In this document: in pieces, positions 42,875 to 53,061 of the stretch
Numbering within the stretch: position 1 is the first letter of the stretch
Layout of the letters: each line of letters starts with the position of its first letter
Source: an uncultured Planctomycetota bacterium
GTDB taxonomy: Bacteria > Planctomycetota > Planctomycetia > Isosphaerales > Isosphaeraceae
Reading direction: 5' to 3'
DNA: 64,000 nt
Assembly (NCBI GenBank): GCA_963823665.1
Contig: CAWGMQ010000003.1
Location: 1,056,001 to 1,120,000 of the forward strand
Made by a program: the position numbers and the translations under genes
Notes under the pieces: model-generated
What the model saw: only the letters and a program-made list of their open reading frames with translations
Told to the model about the DNA's origin: nothing
Databases searched by the model: none

Positions 42875-45800
42875 ATGGCCGATCGAGCTCGACACGTGCG
42901 GTTCCGGAGAGTGAGGACGCCATCCGTCCTGCAGATGGAAGCCACGGAGTGCGGCGCGGCCTCGCTGGCGATGATTCTGGCCTACTATGGGCGCCGTGTG
43001 CCGCTCGAGGAACTGCGGGTCGAGTGCGGTGTGTCGCGAGACGGCAGCAACGCGCTGTATGTCAAGAAGACAGCCCAGAAGTACGGGCTCTCGGGCAAGG
43101 GGTACCGCATGACGACGGAGGAGCTGCGCGAGCTCCAGCCGCCGTTCATGGTCTTCTGGGAACTGAACCACTTCCTGGTTGTCGAGGGCCTGGGGCGCGA
43201 CCGAGTGTATCTGAACGACCCGGCGAGCGGGCGGCGGACGGTCAGCCTCGAGGAATTCACCGAGTCATATGCCGGAATCGTCTTCCGGTTCGAGCCGGCG
43301 CCGGGCTTCCGCGCAGGGGGAGCGAAGCCAAGCACGTGGCGGGCGATCGCCCGCCGGATGGGCGGCGCATCGACGGCGGTGGTGTTCGCGGTGGTGACTG
43401 GCGTGGCGATCCTGGCCGCCGAGGTCGTCGGGGCGACGTTCGCCCCCCTGTTCGTCGACCACATCATGGTTTCCGAGCGGCGGCCATGGATTCGCCCCCT
43501 GCTCGTGACGATGGGGCTCGTGCTCTTGTTCCGGCTGCTGATCGGGTTCATGCAGCTCGCCGGTCTGCTGCGGCTGAAGTGGTCGCTGGCGGCCACACAC
43601 TCGGCGCGGTTTGTGTGGCACGTGCTGCGGCTGCCGACAGCTTTCTATCAGCAGCGCTACGCGGGCGATATTGCCGGTCGTGTGGACGGCAACTCGGCGG
43701 TTGCCGACCTCGTGACCGGACCGCTTGCGACCACAGCCGTCGGTTTGATCATGGTTGTTGTCTACGGCGCAGTGATGTTCGCCATCGATCCCGTGCTGGC
43801 GGCGGTCGGCATGGTGCTGGGTGCGCTCAACATGGCGGGAATCGCGGCGGCGCAGCGGGCCCTGGCAGATGAGAACATCAAGGTCAGTCACTTCGGCGGT
43901 CTGCTCGCCGGGTCGATGATGCATGCCGTCCAGATCATCGAGACGATCAAGGCCGGTGCGTCCGAGCACGAAGCGCTCGTCCGTCTCACGGGCAACCAGG
44001 CCCGCGTGACCAATGCCTCGCAGCGCGTGAGCCTCGTGGCCGGACTGCTGGTCGTGCTGCCGCCCTTGCTGGCCCTGGTCACGACGGCGGCCGTGCTGGG
44101 CGTGGGCGGCGGCCACGTGAGCGACGGGCTCTTGAGCGTGGGCGCGCTGGTGGCTTTTCAGACGCTCGTCGCCCAGTTCAACCGGCCGTTTGGCGACCTG
44201 GTGGGACTGGGCTCGAGCGTGCAGACGCTCCAGGCGGAATTGGCCCGGCTCGACGATGTCGAGCAACACCGGATCGACCCCGTCTTCGAGTCCGTGCCGG
44301 GCGCGCCGGCCGCCGCGATCGCGTCGCCGGGCGTGACCGGCCGTGACACGCCGCGGCGCCTTTCCGGGCGGCTGGAGCTTCGTGATGTGACGTTCGGGTT
44401 CAACCGCACGCTTGACGAGCCGCTCATCAAGCGGTTGTCGCTCACGATCCGGCCAGGGAGCCGGGTCGCGCTGGTCGGATCCTCGGGCAGTGGTAAGTCG
44501 ACCGTCGGCCGGCTTGCTGCCGGACTGCTCCGTCCGTGGGAGGGAGAGATTCTCTACGACGGGTTCTCCATCGACGAGATCCCGCGCGACGTCTTCACAG
44601 ACCAGGTCGGGATGGTCGACGACCAGACGCTGCTATTCAGCGGAACGATCCGGGAGAACCTGACACTCTGGGACGGCGCCGTGGCCGACGGCGAGGTGAC
44701 GCGCGCGGCGATGGACGCCGGCATCCACCGCGAGGTCGCTCGGTTGCGTAATGGGTATTCCGCGCAGTTGTCGGAAGGGGCGCGCAACCTCTCGGGCGGC
44801 CAGCGACAGCGCATGGAGATCGCCCGAGCGCTGGTCCGCAACCCCGCGCTGCTCATCCTCGACGAGGCGACCAGCGCGCTGGACCCGGTGACCGAGGCGC
44901 TGGTGGACGACAACCTTCGCCGCCGCGGCTGCACTTGCCTGATCATCGCCCACCGGCTGAGCACCATTCGCGACTGCGAAGAAATCATCGTGCTTCGCCA
45001 GGGAAAGGTCATCGAGCGCGGCACGCACGAAGAGTTGATGGCCGATGCCAGCGGATTTTATGCCGGGCTTCAGACCCTCCAGGACGGCACCGCCTCCTCT
45101 GGCGCCGCCGTTCCCGCGAGGGAGGGGAGGCAGACCACCGTCGTGGTTCCTGCCGGCGTCGATGGCGTCGTCGCCGCAGGCGCACCCTTCGCCAACGGCA
45201 ATGCGTACCATTCGTCCGTTGCGGCCCCGTTGAACGAAACGGTCCAAACAGCCCCCACGCAGGCGGCCGCGCTTGCGGTTGCGACGCGCAAGGGCTCGGC
45301 CGAGACGGCGCTTTTTCAGGCCGCCGCGATCGCGGGCGAGACGATTCAAGCCGACCGGCCCGCCGACCTGGCCGAAGCACTGACGCTGGTGGGCGAGACG
45401 GCTACGGCCACGGGAAACCAGGCGCTTGCCCTCGACGACTCCGGGGCGTTCTGGCAGGTCACATCCGGGCAGATCGATGTCTTTTACCTCAGGCCGCACG
45501 CGGGCCAAGGCAGCGGGCGCCGACAGCATCTCTGCCGCGTCGAGGAGGGGGGCTCGATCTTCGGGCTGGAAGCGATGAGCGGTGGTGCTCAAGGCGATCT
45601 ACTGGCGGTCGGTGTTGGCCCAGCTCGACTGCTGAAGGTCCGCAAGACCGATTTGCTCCGCCTCAGTCTCGACCCTGACTGCCGTCGCGAAGTGGCGGCG
45701 CTGGTCGACGACTGGGTTGACCGGATCAGCCGGGCGACTTCGACCTCCTCCCCGTCGTGCGCAGAATTCCTCGAGCGGGACGAACCGCACGAGGCAGGCG

Positions 45801-48313
45801 CGGGCCGGGCACTCGCCGCTCGTCGCGAGGTTCTCTGGATAAAGCCCGGACCTACAGGAATCCGGTTCATCGACAAGGTGCTCGTCCCCATCTGCCCCCA
45901 CGAATCGCGTTTCCCGCTCTCGCCGCACGCTTGGGTCTGTTACAACCAGGCGGAAACCGTCCAGCCATGGGACACCGAGACCCTGATCGAAAAGGGCGAC
46001 CCATGGGAGGGCCTGAAGCGGTTTCACCAGGTGGTGCTCGAGGCGATCGCCGCGACCCAGGCGATCGAGACGGCCCAGGCCGACGCGCGGCGGGCGAACG
46101 CCTGGCTGCGTGACGGCGCGATGGTCACAACCGCTCTGTCCAGGCTGTGCTTGCAGGGTCCGGAGGGGCGGGGCGAGCAGGCTCCGGCCCTCGCCGCGCC
46201 GCTGACCTTGGCGGAGGGCGACCTTCTGGTCGCGGCATGCGCAGTCGTGGGTACGGCGCAAGGGATCGAGGTGGCGGCTCCGCGGCTCGATGACGTGACA
46301 GACCCTCTGCGCACCATCGCGCGCGCCTCGGGCTTTCGTACGCGGCGCGTCAAGCTGACGGGGAGGTGGTGGTCGCGGGAGGGCGTGCCGATGCTTGGCC
46401 GCTGGGCAGACAGCGGCCGGCCGATCGCCCTGATTTTCGACTCTTCACGCGGCTACATGCTCGTCGACCCCAAGGATAACACTCGAGTTCCGGTGGCCGG
46501 CGAGCGAGCTCGAGCGCTCCAGTCGAACGCGGTTGTCTTTTACCGGAGCCTCCCATCCGAGAATCCGACGCTCGGCGGGTTCGTCCGCTTCGCCCTGCCC
46601 TTCGTCCGGGGCGAGGTCTGGACGCTGGTGGCGATGGGTTTGATTTGCGGCCTGCTGGGCCTGGTCGTGCCGATCGTGATCGCGATCGCAATCGACGACG
46701 CGATACCCAGGGCGGACCGGCGGCAGCTCAACTTGATCTGCGCGTTCCTGCTCGCTGTAGCGCTGGCCGTCGCCTCGTTCCAGGCGATCCAGACGGTGGC
46801 GCTGGCCCGGCTGCGCGGCAAGCTGGAGTCGACTCTGCTGCCGGCATTCTGGGACAGGCTGCTCTCCCTGCCCGTTCGATTCTTCGCTCAATACGAGGCC
46901 GGCGACCTCGCAACCCGGGCCCTCGGTCCGCTCAGGCTGATCCCCGCGCTGACCGGCACGACCATGGCATCGATCCTGGCGTCGATCTTCGCGCTCTTCA
47001 ACGTGGCCGCGCTGTTGATTCTGAACTGGCGGCTGGGGCTGGTCGCGGCCGGGCTCATGACTGTCTTCCCACTGGCGACCGCCATCGCCATGCGGCCGCT
47101 CTGGAACTGCCAGCGCGGGATCTCAACCCTACGCGGCGAAATCTCCGGCCTGCTGTTCGTGCTGCTGGGAGGGATTTCGCGAATTCGCGTCGCCGGAGCC
47201 GAACGGCGGGCCTTCGCCCGGTGGGCAGCGCGCTACCAAGAGCAGCTCAGACGCAGCCTTCGCTTTCAGACGATCTGGGGCCGGCTGGTGCTCTTTGGCG
47301 ACGTCTGGCCGCTCGCGGTGCTGATGGCGGTACTCGCCTCCGCGGTCTTTGGCTCGGCGTTCCGGAGCGTCGGCGAGTTCCTCGCGTTCAATTCCTCGCT
47401 CATGCTGGGAGTCGCCGCGGCGGCCGGCCTCTCCAAGGGGGCCGTCTCCTTGATGGACGGCTTGAGGGAATGCGAGCGCTTCGCCCCGATCCTCACCGCA
47501 GCGCCAGAGGTCAACGAGGTCAGCGGCGAGGTGATCCGTCTGGGGGGTGCCATCCGGCTGGACAACGTCTCGTTCCGGTATACACCCGAGGGACCGCTGA
47601 TCCTTGATTCGGTGAATTTCCAGGTCCGGCCCGGAGAGTTCGTGGCGATTGTCGGCCCATCGGGTTCCGGTAAGTCGACCTTGCTGCGACTGCTGCTCGG
47701 GTTCGAAACGCCGACGGAGGGGTCTGTGTCGTACGACGGCCGCGAGCTGGAGACGCTCGACATCCAGGAGGTGCGCCGGCAGATCGGTGTCGTGCTCCAG
47801 GATGCGCGGTTACGCCCCGGCGACATCTATTCCAATATCGTCGGGCTCTCCACCGACTTGACGCGGGACGATGCCTGGGAAGCGGCCGAGCTCGCCGGGC
47901 TAGCCGAAGACATCGAGCAGATGCCCATGGGCATTCATACGGTCGTGAGCGAGGGAGGCAGCGGCCTCTCCAGCGGCCAGCGACAACGGTTGATCATCGC
48001 CCGGGCCCTGGCGGGCCGGCCGAAGATCCTGCTGTTTGACGAGGCCACAAGCGCGCTGGACAACCGCACCCAGGCGCACGTCAGCCAGAGCATCCATGCG
48101 CAGCTCGGCGGGACCACGCGGGTGGCAATCGCCCATCGGCTCAGCACCGTGATCGACGCGGATCGCATCTACGTGTTGAGCGGTGGAAAGATCGTCCAGA
48201 CCGGGCGCTACTCCCAACTGATCAGGGAGCCGGGCCCGTTCCGGGAGCTGGCGCGGCGCCAGATGCTGGCCCAGGCGCCCGAGGCTGTGGTGGGTGGGAG
48301 CTCCGGGGCCTGA
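42875..48313 (+). CDS. Fused NHLP-type transporter: C39 peptidase-TMD-NBD, linker, second regulatory domain-TMD-NBD (1812 aa)
   Basis: QMEATECGAASL, NHFLVVEG, LNDPA; Walker A GSSGSGKST and GPSGSGKST; LSGGQRQR and LSSGQRQR; two DEATSALD; one uninterrupted ORF. Confidence 0.92.
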   Translation: MADRARHVRFRRVRTPSVLQMEATECGAASLAMILAYYGRRVPLEELRVECGVSRDGSNALYVKKTAQKYGLSGKGYRMTTEELRELQPPFMVFWELNHFLVVEGLGRDRVYLNDPASGRRTVSLEEFTESYAGIVFRFEPAPGFRAGGAKPSTWRAIARRMGGASTAVVFAVVTGVAILAAEVVGATFAPLFVDHIMVSERRPWIRPLLVTMGLVLLFRLLIGFMQLAGLLRLKWSLAATHSARFVWHVLRLPTAFYQQRYAGDIAGRVDGNSAVADLVTGPLATTAVGLIMVVVYGAVMFAIDPVLAAVGMVLGALNMAGIAAAQRALADENIKVSHFGGLLAGSMMHAVQIIETIKAGASEHEALVRLTGNQARVTNASQRVSLVAGLLVVLPPLLALVTTAAVLGVGGGHVSDGLLSVGALVAFQTLVAQFNRPFGDLVGLGSSVQTLQAELARLDDVEQHRIDPVFESVPGAPAAAIASPGVTGRDTPRRLSGRLELRDVTFGFNRTLDEPLIKRLSLTIRPGSRVALVGSSGSGKSTVGRLAAGLLRPWEGEILYDGFSIDEIPRDVFTDQVGMVDDQTLLFSGTIRENLTLWDGAVADGEVTRAAMDAGIHREVARLRNGYSAQLSEGARNLSGGQRQRMEIARALVRNPALLILDEATSALDPVTEALVDDNLRRRGCTCLIIAHRLSTIRDCEEIIVLRQGKVIERGTHEELMADASGFYAGLQTLQDGTASSGAAVPAREGRQTTVVVPAGVDGVVAAGAPFANGNAYHSSVAAPLNETVQTAPTQAAALAVATRKGSAETALFQAAAIAGETIQADRPADLAEALTLVGETATATGNQALALDDSGAFWQVTSGQIDVFYLRPHAGQGSGRRQHLCRVEEGGSIFGLEAMSGGAQGDLLAVGVGPARLLKVRKTDLLRLSLDPDCRREVAALVDDWVDRISRATSTSSPSCAEFLERDEPHEAGAGRALAARREVLWIKPGPTGIRFIDKVLVPICPHESRFPLSPHAWVCYNQAETVQPWDTETLIEKGDPWEGLKRFHQVVLEAIAATQAIETAQADARRANAWLRDGAMVTTALSRLCLQGPEGRGEQAPALAAPLTLAEGDLLVAACAVVGTAQGIEVAAPRLDDVTDPLRTIARASGFRTRRVKLTGRWWSREGVPMLGRWADSGRPIALIFDSSRGYMLVDPKDNTRVPVAGERARALQSNAVVFYRSLPSENPTLGGFVRFALPFVRGEVWTLVAMGLICGLLGLVVPIVIAIAIDDAIPRADRRQLNLICAFLLAVALAVASFQAIQTVALARLRGKLESTLLPAFWDRLLSLPVRFFAQYEAGDLATRALGPLRLIPALTGTTMASILASIFALFNVAALLILNWRLGLVAAGLMTVFPLATAIAMRPLWNCQRGISTLRGEISGLLFVLLGGISRIRVAGAERRAFARWAARYQEQLRRSLRFQTIWGRLVLFGDVWPLAVLMAVLASAVFGSAFRSVGEFLAFNSSLMLGVAAAAGLSKGAVSLMDGLRECERFAPILTAAPEVNEVSGEVIRLGGAIRLDNVSFRYTPEGPLILDSVNFQVRPGEFVAIVGPSGSGKSTLLRLLLGFETPTEGSVSYDGRELETLDIQEVRRQIGVVLQDARLRPGDIYSNIVGLSTDLTRDDAWEAAELAGLAEDIEQMPMGIHTVVSEGGSGLSSGQRQRLIIARALAGRPKILLFDEATSALDNRTQAHVSQSIHAQLGGTTRVAIAHRLSTVIDADRIYVLSGGKIVQTGRYSQLIREPGPFRELARRQMLAQAPEAVVGGSSGA

Positions 48314-48523
48314 GAATCGCTCGACGGGCCATTTTGCTGCGCCGTCGCCGGCGGACCAGCGCGACCGCTTCGACGGCGAGAACGGGCGCGAGCAGGAGCG
48401 GAAGGCCGATGCTCCGGCAAGGGGTTGCGAGAGGGGGTCGCCGCTCGTTACGCTAACCCCGTCAGGCGAGGCGGTAATGATCGGCTCGGTCGACCGGTCG
48501 CGCCCGCGAAGCGGCAGGAAGAC

Positions 48524-48548
48524 CGTCCCCACGCAGAGCGTGGGAACG
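48524..48548. repeat. REP-like palindrome
   Basis: CGTCCCCACGC-AGA-GCGTGGGAACG hairpin in the intergenic region. Confidence 0.7.
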
Positions 48549-48632
48549 AGGGTGAAACAGCCACGAAGGGCATGATCACAGGATCGGGAGCTTGATCGCG
48601 GCTCGTGCCCAAGCGATGGAGGGACCAGGACG

Positions 48633-49589
48633 GTGCAGATAACAAAGGCGGTGATCACGGCGGCAGGCCGTGGGGCGCGACAGTATCCGGCGTCGGACAC
48701 CGTGCAGAAAGCGATGCTGCCCTTGGTCGACCGCGACGGGTTGACCAAGCCCGTCCTCCAGATCATTGCCGAGGAAGCGCTCGAGAGCGGCATCGAGGAG
48801 ATCGGCATCGTCACCGCACCCGGGGACGAAGCCATCTATCGCAATCATTTTCGCAACTATGCCTCGAACCTGCGCTCGACCTACCGGGGCGTGGAGTGGG
48901 CTGAACAGCAAGCCAGACGGCTCAGCGACCTCGAGCAGCGCCTGCGATTCGCCGTGCAGCCGCAGCCCGACGGGTATGGCCACGCGGTCTGGTGCGGCCG
49001 GGATTTAGTCGGCGAGGAGCCGTTTCTCCTCTTGCTTGGCGACCATCTTTATATATCCGCCGAAACGCGGCGATGCGCCCGGCAATTAATTGACCTGGCG
49101 GTCGCTGAAAACTGTCCGGTTTCGGCCGTTCAGGCCACGCGTGAACACTTAATCCATCAATACGGCACGCTGACCGGGCGGCGGCTGCCGCAGCATCCGG
49201 AGGTTTACAGCATCGAGGAGATCATCGAGAAGCCGAACCCGACTCTGGCCGAGCTGCGGCTTCAAGTCTCCGGGCTGCGGGCCGGCCACTACCTGTGTTT
49301 TTTCGGCATGCACGTGCTCTCGCCGGCCGTGTTCGACCTGCTCGATCGATTGGTGCGGGACAACACTCGCGAGCTGGGCCAGATTCAACTCACCACCGCG
49401 CTTGATGCGCTGGCTCGGAACGAGCGTTATCTTGCGCTCGAAACCAGGGGCAGCCGTTACAACCTGGGAGTCAAGTTCGGCGTGGTTGAGGCCCAGGTTG
49501 CACTGGCACTGGCGGGCGTCGATCGCGAGCGGATCCTGGCGCTGCTGCTCGAATCGATCGTTCGAGTGGAACAGAATCTTCCCCGGTGA
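48633..49589 (+). CDS. GalU-like sugar-phosphate nucleotidyltransferase
   Basis: KAVITAAGRGARQYP, KAMLP, Q.QPDGYGHAV, LLLGDH, IEKP, IQLT. Confidence 0.85.
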   Translation: MQITKAVITAAGRGARQYPASDTVQKAMLPLVDRDGLTKPVLQIIAEEALESGIEEIGIVTAPGDEAIYRNHFRNYASNLRSTYRGVEWAEQQARRLSDLEQRLRFAVQPQPDGYGHAVWCGRDLVGEEPFLLLLGDHLYISAETRRCARQLIDLAVAENCPVSAVQATREHLIHQYGTLTGRRLPQHPEVYSIEEIIEKPNPTLAELRLQVSGLRAGHYLCFFGMHVLSPAVFDLLDRLVRDNTRELGQIQLTTALDALARNERYLALETRGSRYNLGVKFGVVEAQVALALAGVDRERILALLLESIVRVEQNLPR

Positions 49590-49595
49590 CATCTC

Positions 49596-52500
49596 ATGTC
49601 GCACGTCGGTCAAACGCTTATCGAGACGATTACCGATTCCGATCCGGCGGTCCGAGACCGGTCGGCGAGAGAGCTGGCTGCCCAGGCTAGCCTGGCTGAG
49701 AAGCTCGAGGCGTGCCAGGAGCTCGAGGAGTTCCGGCGAACGCGCGAAAACCTCTACGAGCGCGTGCGTGCGTCGCTTTTCTTGCACGCGCTTTATCGCT
49801 ACGAGATCCAGGAAGACCAGGCAATCCGGGGGGCGGGGTTGATCCCGTTTTCCGGATTCACGCATCTGATGGACCGGCGGTATGAGCAGGCGATTGCGGA
49901 GTTTCTGGACGCGATGGCTCGGGACGGGCCAAGCGGCACGGTTGCCAGCGCGCTTGCTCGGGCCTATGAACAGGTCGCGTTTCAGACGCTGACGGACCAG
50001 GTGCGGAGCTCGGTTCGATCGTGCCGGGGAAATCGCTGGATGTTTCGAGTGGGATGCGCCGACGAGCATCCGCTGCGCATTGCCCCCCAGCTTCTCGTAC
50101 GAGAGCCCGACCTTGGTCTTTTTCCGATCCTGGTCGAGCGCACGCCCGTGCGGCTGGACCTCTCGCACAGCGGCTGGTCGGACATCTTCTTTCTGGGAAT
50201 GGATTTTCCGGAAGGCGCCCGGGTGCTGAATATTTCCGTCGACCTGGGCGTGCACGGCCGCGACAGGGAACCTCGTCCGCCGATCGAGTCGCGATTGCGG
50301 GTGATCACGGAGCCGATTCTGCGGCTGACGAGCATTGACTTAAATGCATGCAAGGACGTTGACAGCCTCGACGAGCTGTTCAATTTCGGCAACGACTACC
50401 TGGGACTGGTCAAGGCGGCGGTGGTCGCATCGGGGTTGATCCCCCCTGCCCTGGAGGGAACCAACACGCCGCTTGCCGATCTGCTGGCGATGATCGTGCG
50501 GCCCGGGCTCGGACTGGAGATCGTCAGCAAGGTCAACGATATTCCCAAAGGCTCGCGGCTGGCCGTCTCGACCAATCTGCTGGCTTCGCTCATCACGCTC
50601 ATGATGCGGGCCACCGGCCAGGTGCCCAATCTGACGGGGCCGCTCGGGCCCGAGGAATCGAAGGTGGTGGTGGCACGGGCGATCCTTGGCGAATGGCTGG
50701 GAGGATCGGGAGGCGGCTGGCAAGACTCAGGGGGCATCTTCCCGGGCATCAAGTTGATCGAGGGGGTTTCGGCGTCGGAGGGAGACCCGGAGTGGGGCGT
50801 GAGCCGGGGGCGCCTGTTGCCGTCACATCGCCTGCTCAACCGAGTTGAGAGCAGCGATGGCGAATCGAAGCCGGCGGCTCACTCCGCCGCGCCTGCCTTG
50901 CCTCAGGCGCTGGCCGAGAGCCTTGTCGTCGTCCACGGCGGGATGGCGCAGAACGTCGGGCCGATTCTCAACATGGTCACGACGAAGTATCTGCTGCGCG
51001 AACCGGACGCCTGGGTCGCGCGGCTCGAGAGCCTGAAGATCTTTGGCGAGATCGTGAAGGCGGTCGGGGCCGCTGATGTGCGGACGATCGGGCGATGCAC
51101 GACGCGGAACTGGGAAGGGCCGCTGAAGCAGATCATCCCGTGGGTGACCAATCTCTTCACCGAAACGATCATCCGCCAGGCCCGCGAGTTGCTGGGTGAG
51201 GATTTCTGGGGTTTCCTGATGCTGGGGGGCATGTCGGGGGGCGGCATGGCGTTCTTCGTCGCTCCCCACCGTCACAACGAGTTCCAGGCGCGAATCGCCG
51301 CGATCATGCGCGAGGCCAAGGGCGCGCTCGACGATGCTCTGCCCTTTGCGATGGAGCCAGTGGTCTACGACTTCCGCATCAACCCGCACGGCACGCTGGC
51401 GATACTTGATTCGGCGAGCGAGGCGATGATGCCTTCCCAGTACTACGCGTTGCAAACACCGCGGATGATCGCGGCGGCAGGCAGCGTGCCTTACGACCGT
51501 CGTGCCGACGTCGACCATTTCGCCAACCGTTGCCCCGATAGCGGCGAGCTGGTGCGGGTGTTTCCGGACGATGATCAACCATTTATTCCCGGTGGCGCGG
51601 AGCACCGAGTCCGGCTCAAAATCGCAGTGGGACGGCGAGGCGGCGCTCATTCGCCGCGAGAACGGATTTGACGCGGTCCAGCACGAACAGCTTCGCGATG
51701 ATCTCCAGCGCGGGCGAATCGGACTGGCGCGCAACCGTTTACCGGTCGATCTGGACATCAGCGACGTAGAAGATTCCGAGCTGATCATGGCGGCGGGGCC
51801 GGTGGGCTCGGCGACGATCGAAAGGGGAAAGGCGGCGATCGAGCGCGGCGGAGTGGCCGTGGTGACGCTTGCGGCGGGGGTCGGCAGCCGGTGGACGACC
51901 GGGGCCGGGGTAGTCAAGGCGGTGAATCCGTTCGTGTCGCTCGATGGACGGCATCGGAGTTTCCTCGAGATTCATTTCGCGAAGACGAGGAAGAGCCGGG
52001 GCCCTAAAGGGCGAGCGATCCCCCATGTGGTGACGACGAGCTACCTCACGCATGCGGCGATCGATCGTCATCTGAAAGCGACAGGAAATTTCGGCCATGA
52101 CGGCCCGGTTTATCTCTCACCGGGCCGATCGATCGGCCAGCGGCTGATCCCGATGGCCCGCGACCTGGTCTTCCTCTGGGAAGAATCAGCGCATGAGACG
52201 CTTCAGGAGACCAAGCAGAAGGTGCGCGAGGCGTCGCGGCGGGCAATTCTCGAGTGGGCCAAGAGTCAGGGCGAGGGCACCGACTACACAGACAACGTGC
52301 CGATCCAGCGCTTCAATCCGCCGGGCCATTTCTACGAAATCCCGAACTTGCTGGGGAACGGGGTGCTTGCGCAGCTTCTTGACGAGTATCCCAACCTCGA
52401 ATGGCTGCTCGTGCACAACATCGACACGCTGGGGGCGACGATTGACCCGGGTGTGCTGGGCCTGGCGATCGAATCGGGCGCGTGCCTGAGCTTCGAGGTG

Positions 52501-52983
52501 ATCGCGCGGCGGATCGACGACCGCGGGGGCGGCCTCGCCAAAGTGGCCGGGAGGTTAAGACTGCTCGAGGGGCTGGCGCAGCCGCGTGAGGAAACGGAGT
52601 TTGCCTTGCGCTACTACAATTCGCTGACAACATGGGTTCGGATTGACGGGCTGTTAAGTGCTTTTGGAATCACCCGTGGCGACGTGAAGAACGACAAAGC
52701 GAAAGTGAGCGCGGCCGTCCGGAACATGGCGTCGCACCTGCCGACTTACGTGACGATCAAGGATGTGAAGCGGCGGTGGGGACACGGGCAGGAAGACGTT
52801 TACCCGGTCGCCCAGTTCGAGAAGTTGTGGGGTGACATGAGCTCACTGCCGGACCTGCACAGTGCGTTCCTCGCCGTTTCGCGGCAGCGCGGGCAGCAGC
52901 TCAAGGACGTGGCCCAGCTCGATGGGTGGGCGGACGATGGGAGCCTGGATTATGTGCGGTCTTTGTGTGAGTTTGGGCGGTGA
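49596..52983 (+). CDS. Fusion of GHMP sugar-kinase-like domain and UDP-sugar pyrophosphorylase (frameshift near 51565)
   Basis: PVRLDL..GWSD, IPKGSRLAVS, GGGWQD, GGMSGGG; then LAAGVGSRW, PPGH, HNIDTL, QFEKLWGD. Confidence 0.75.
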
Positions 52984-53061
52984 GTGAGGCGATTCCGACT
53001 TCTGTCGGTCAATAGCGCGGGGAAAGCAGATCCGCGCCCTACGAGGCGGTCCCTTCGCGGA

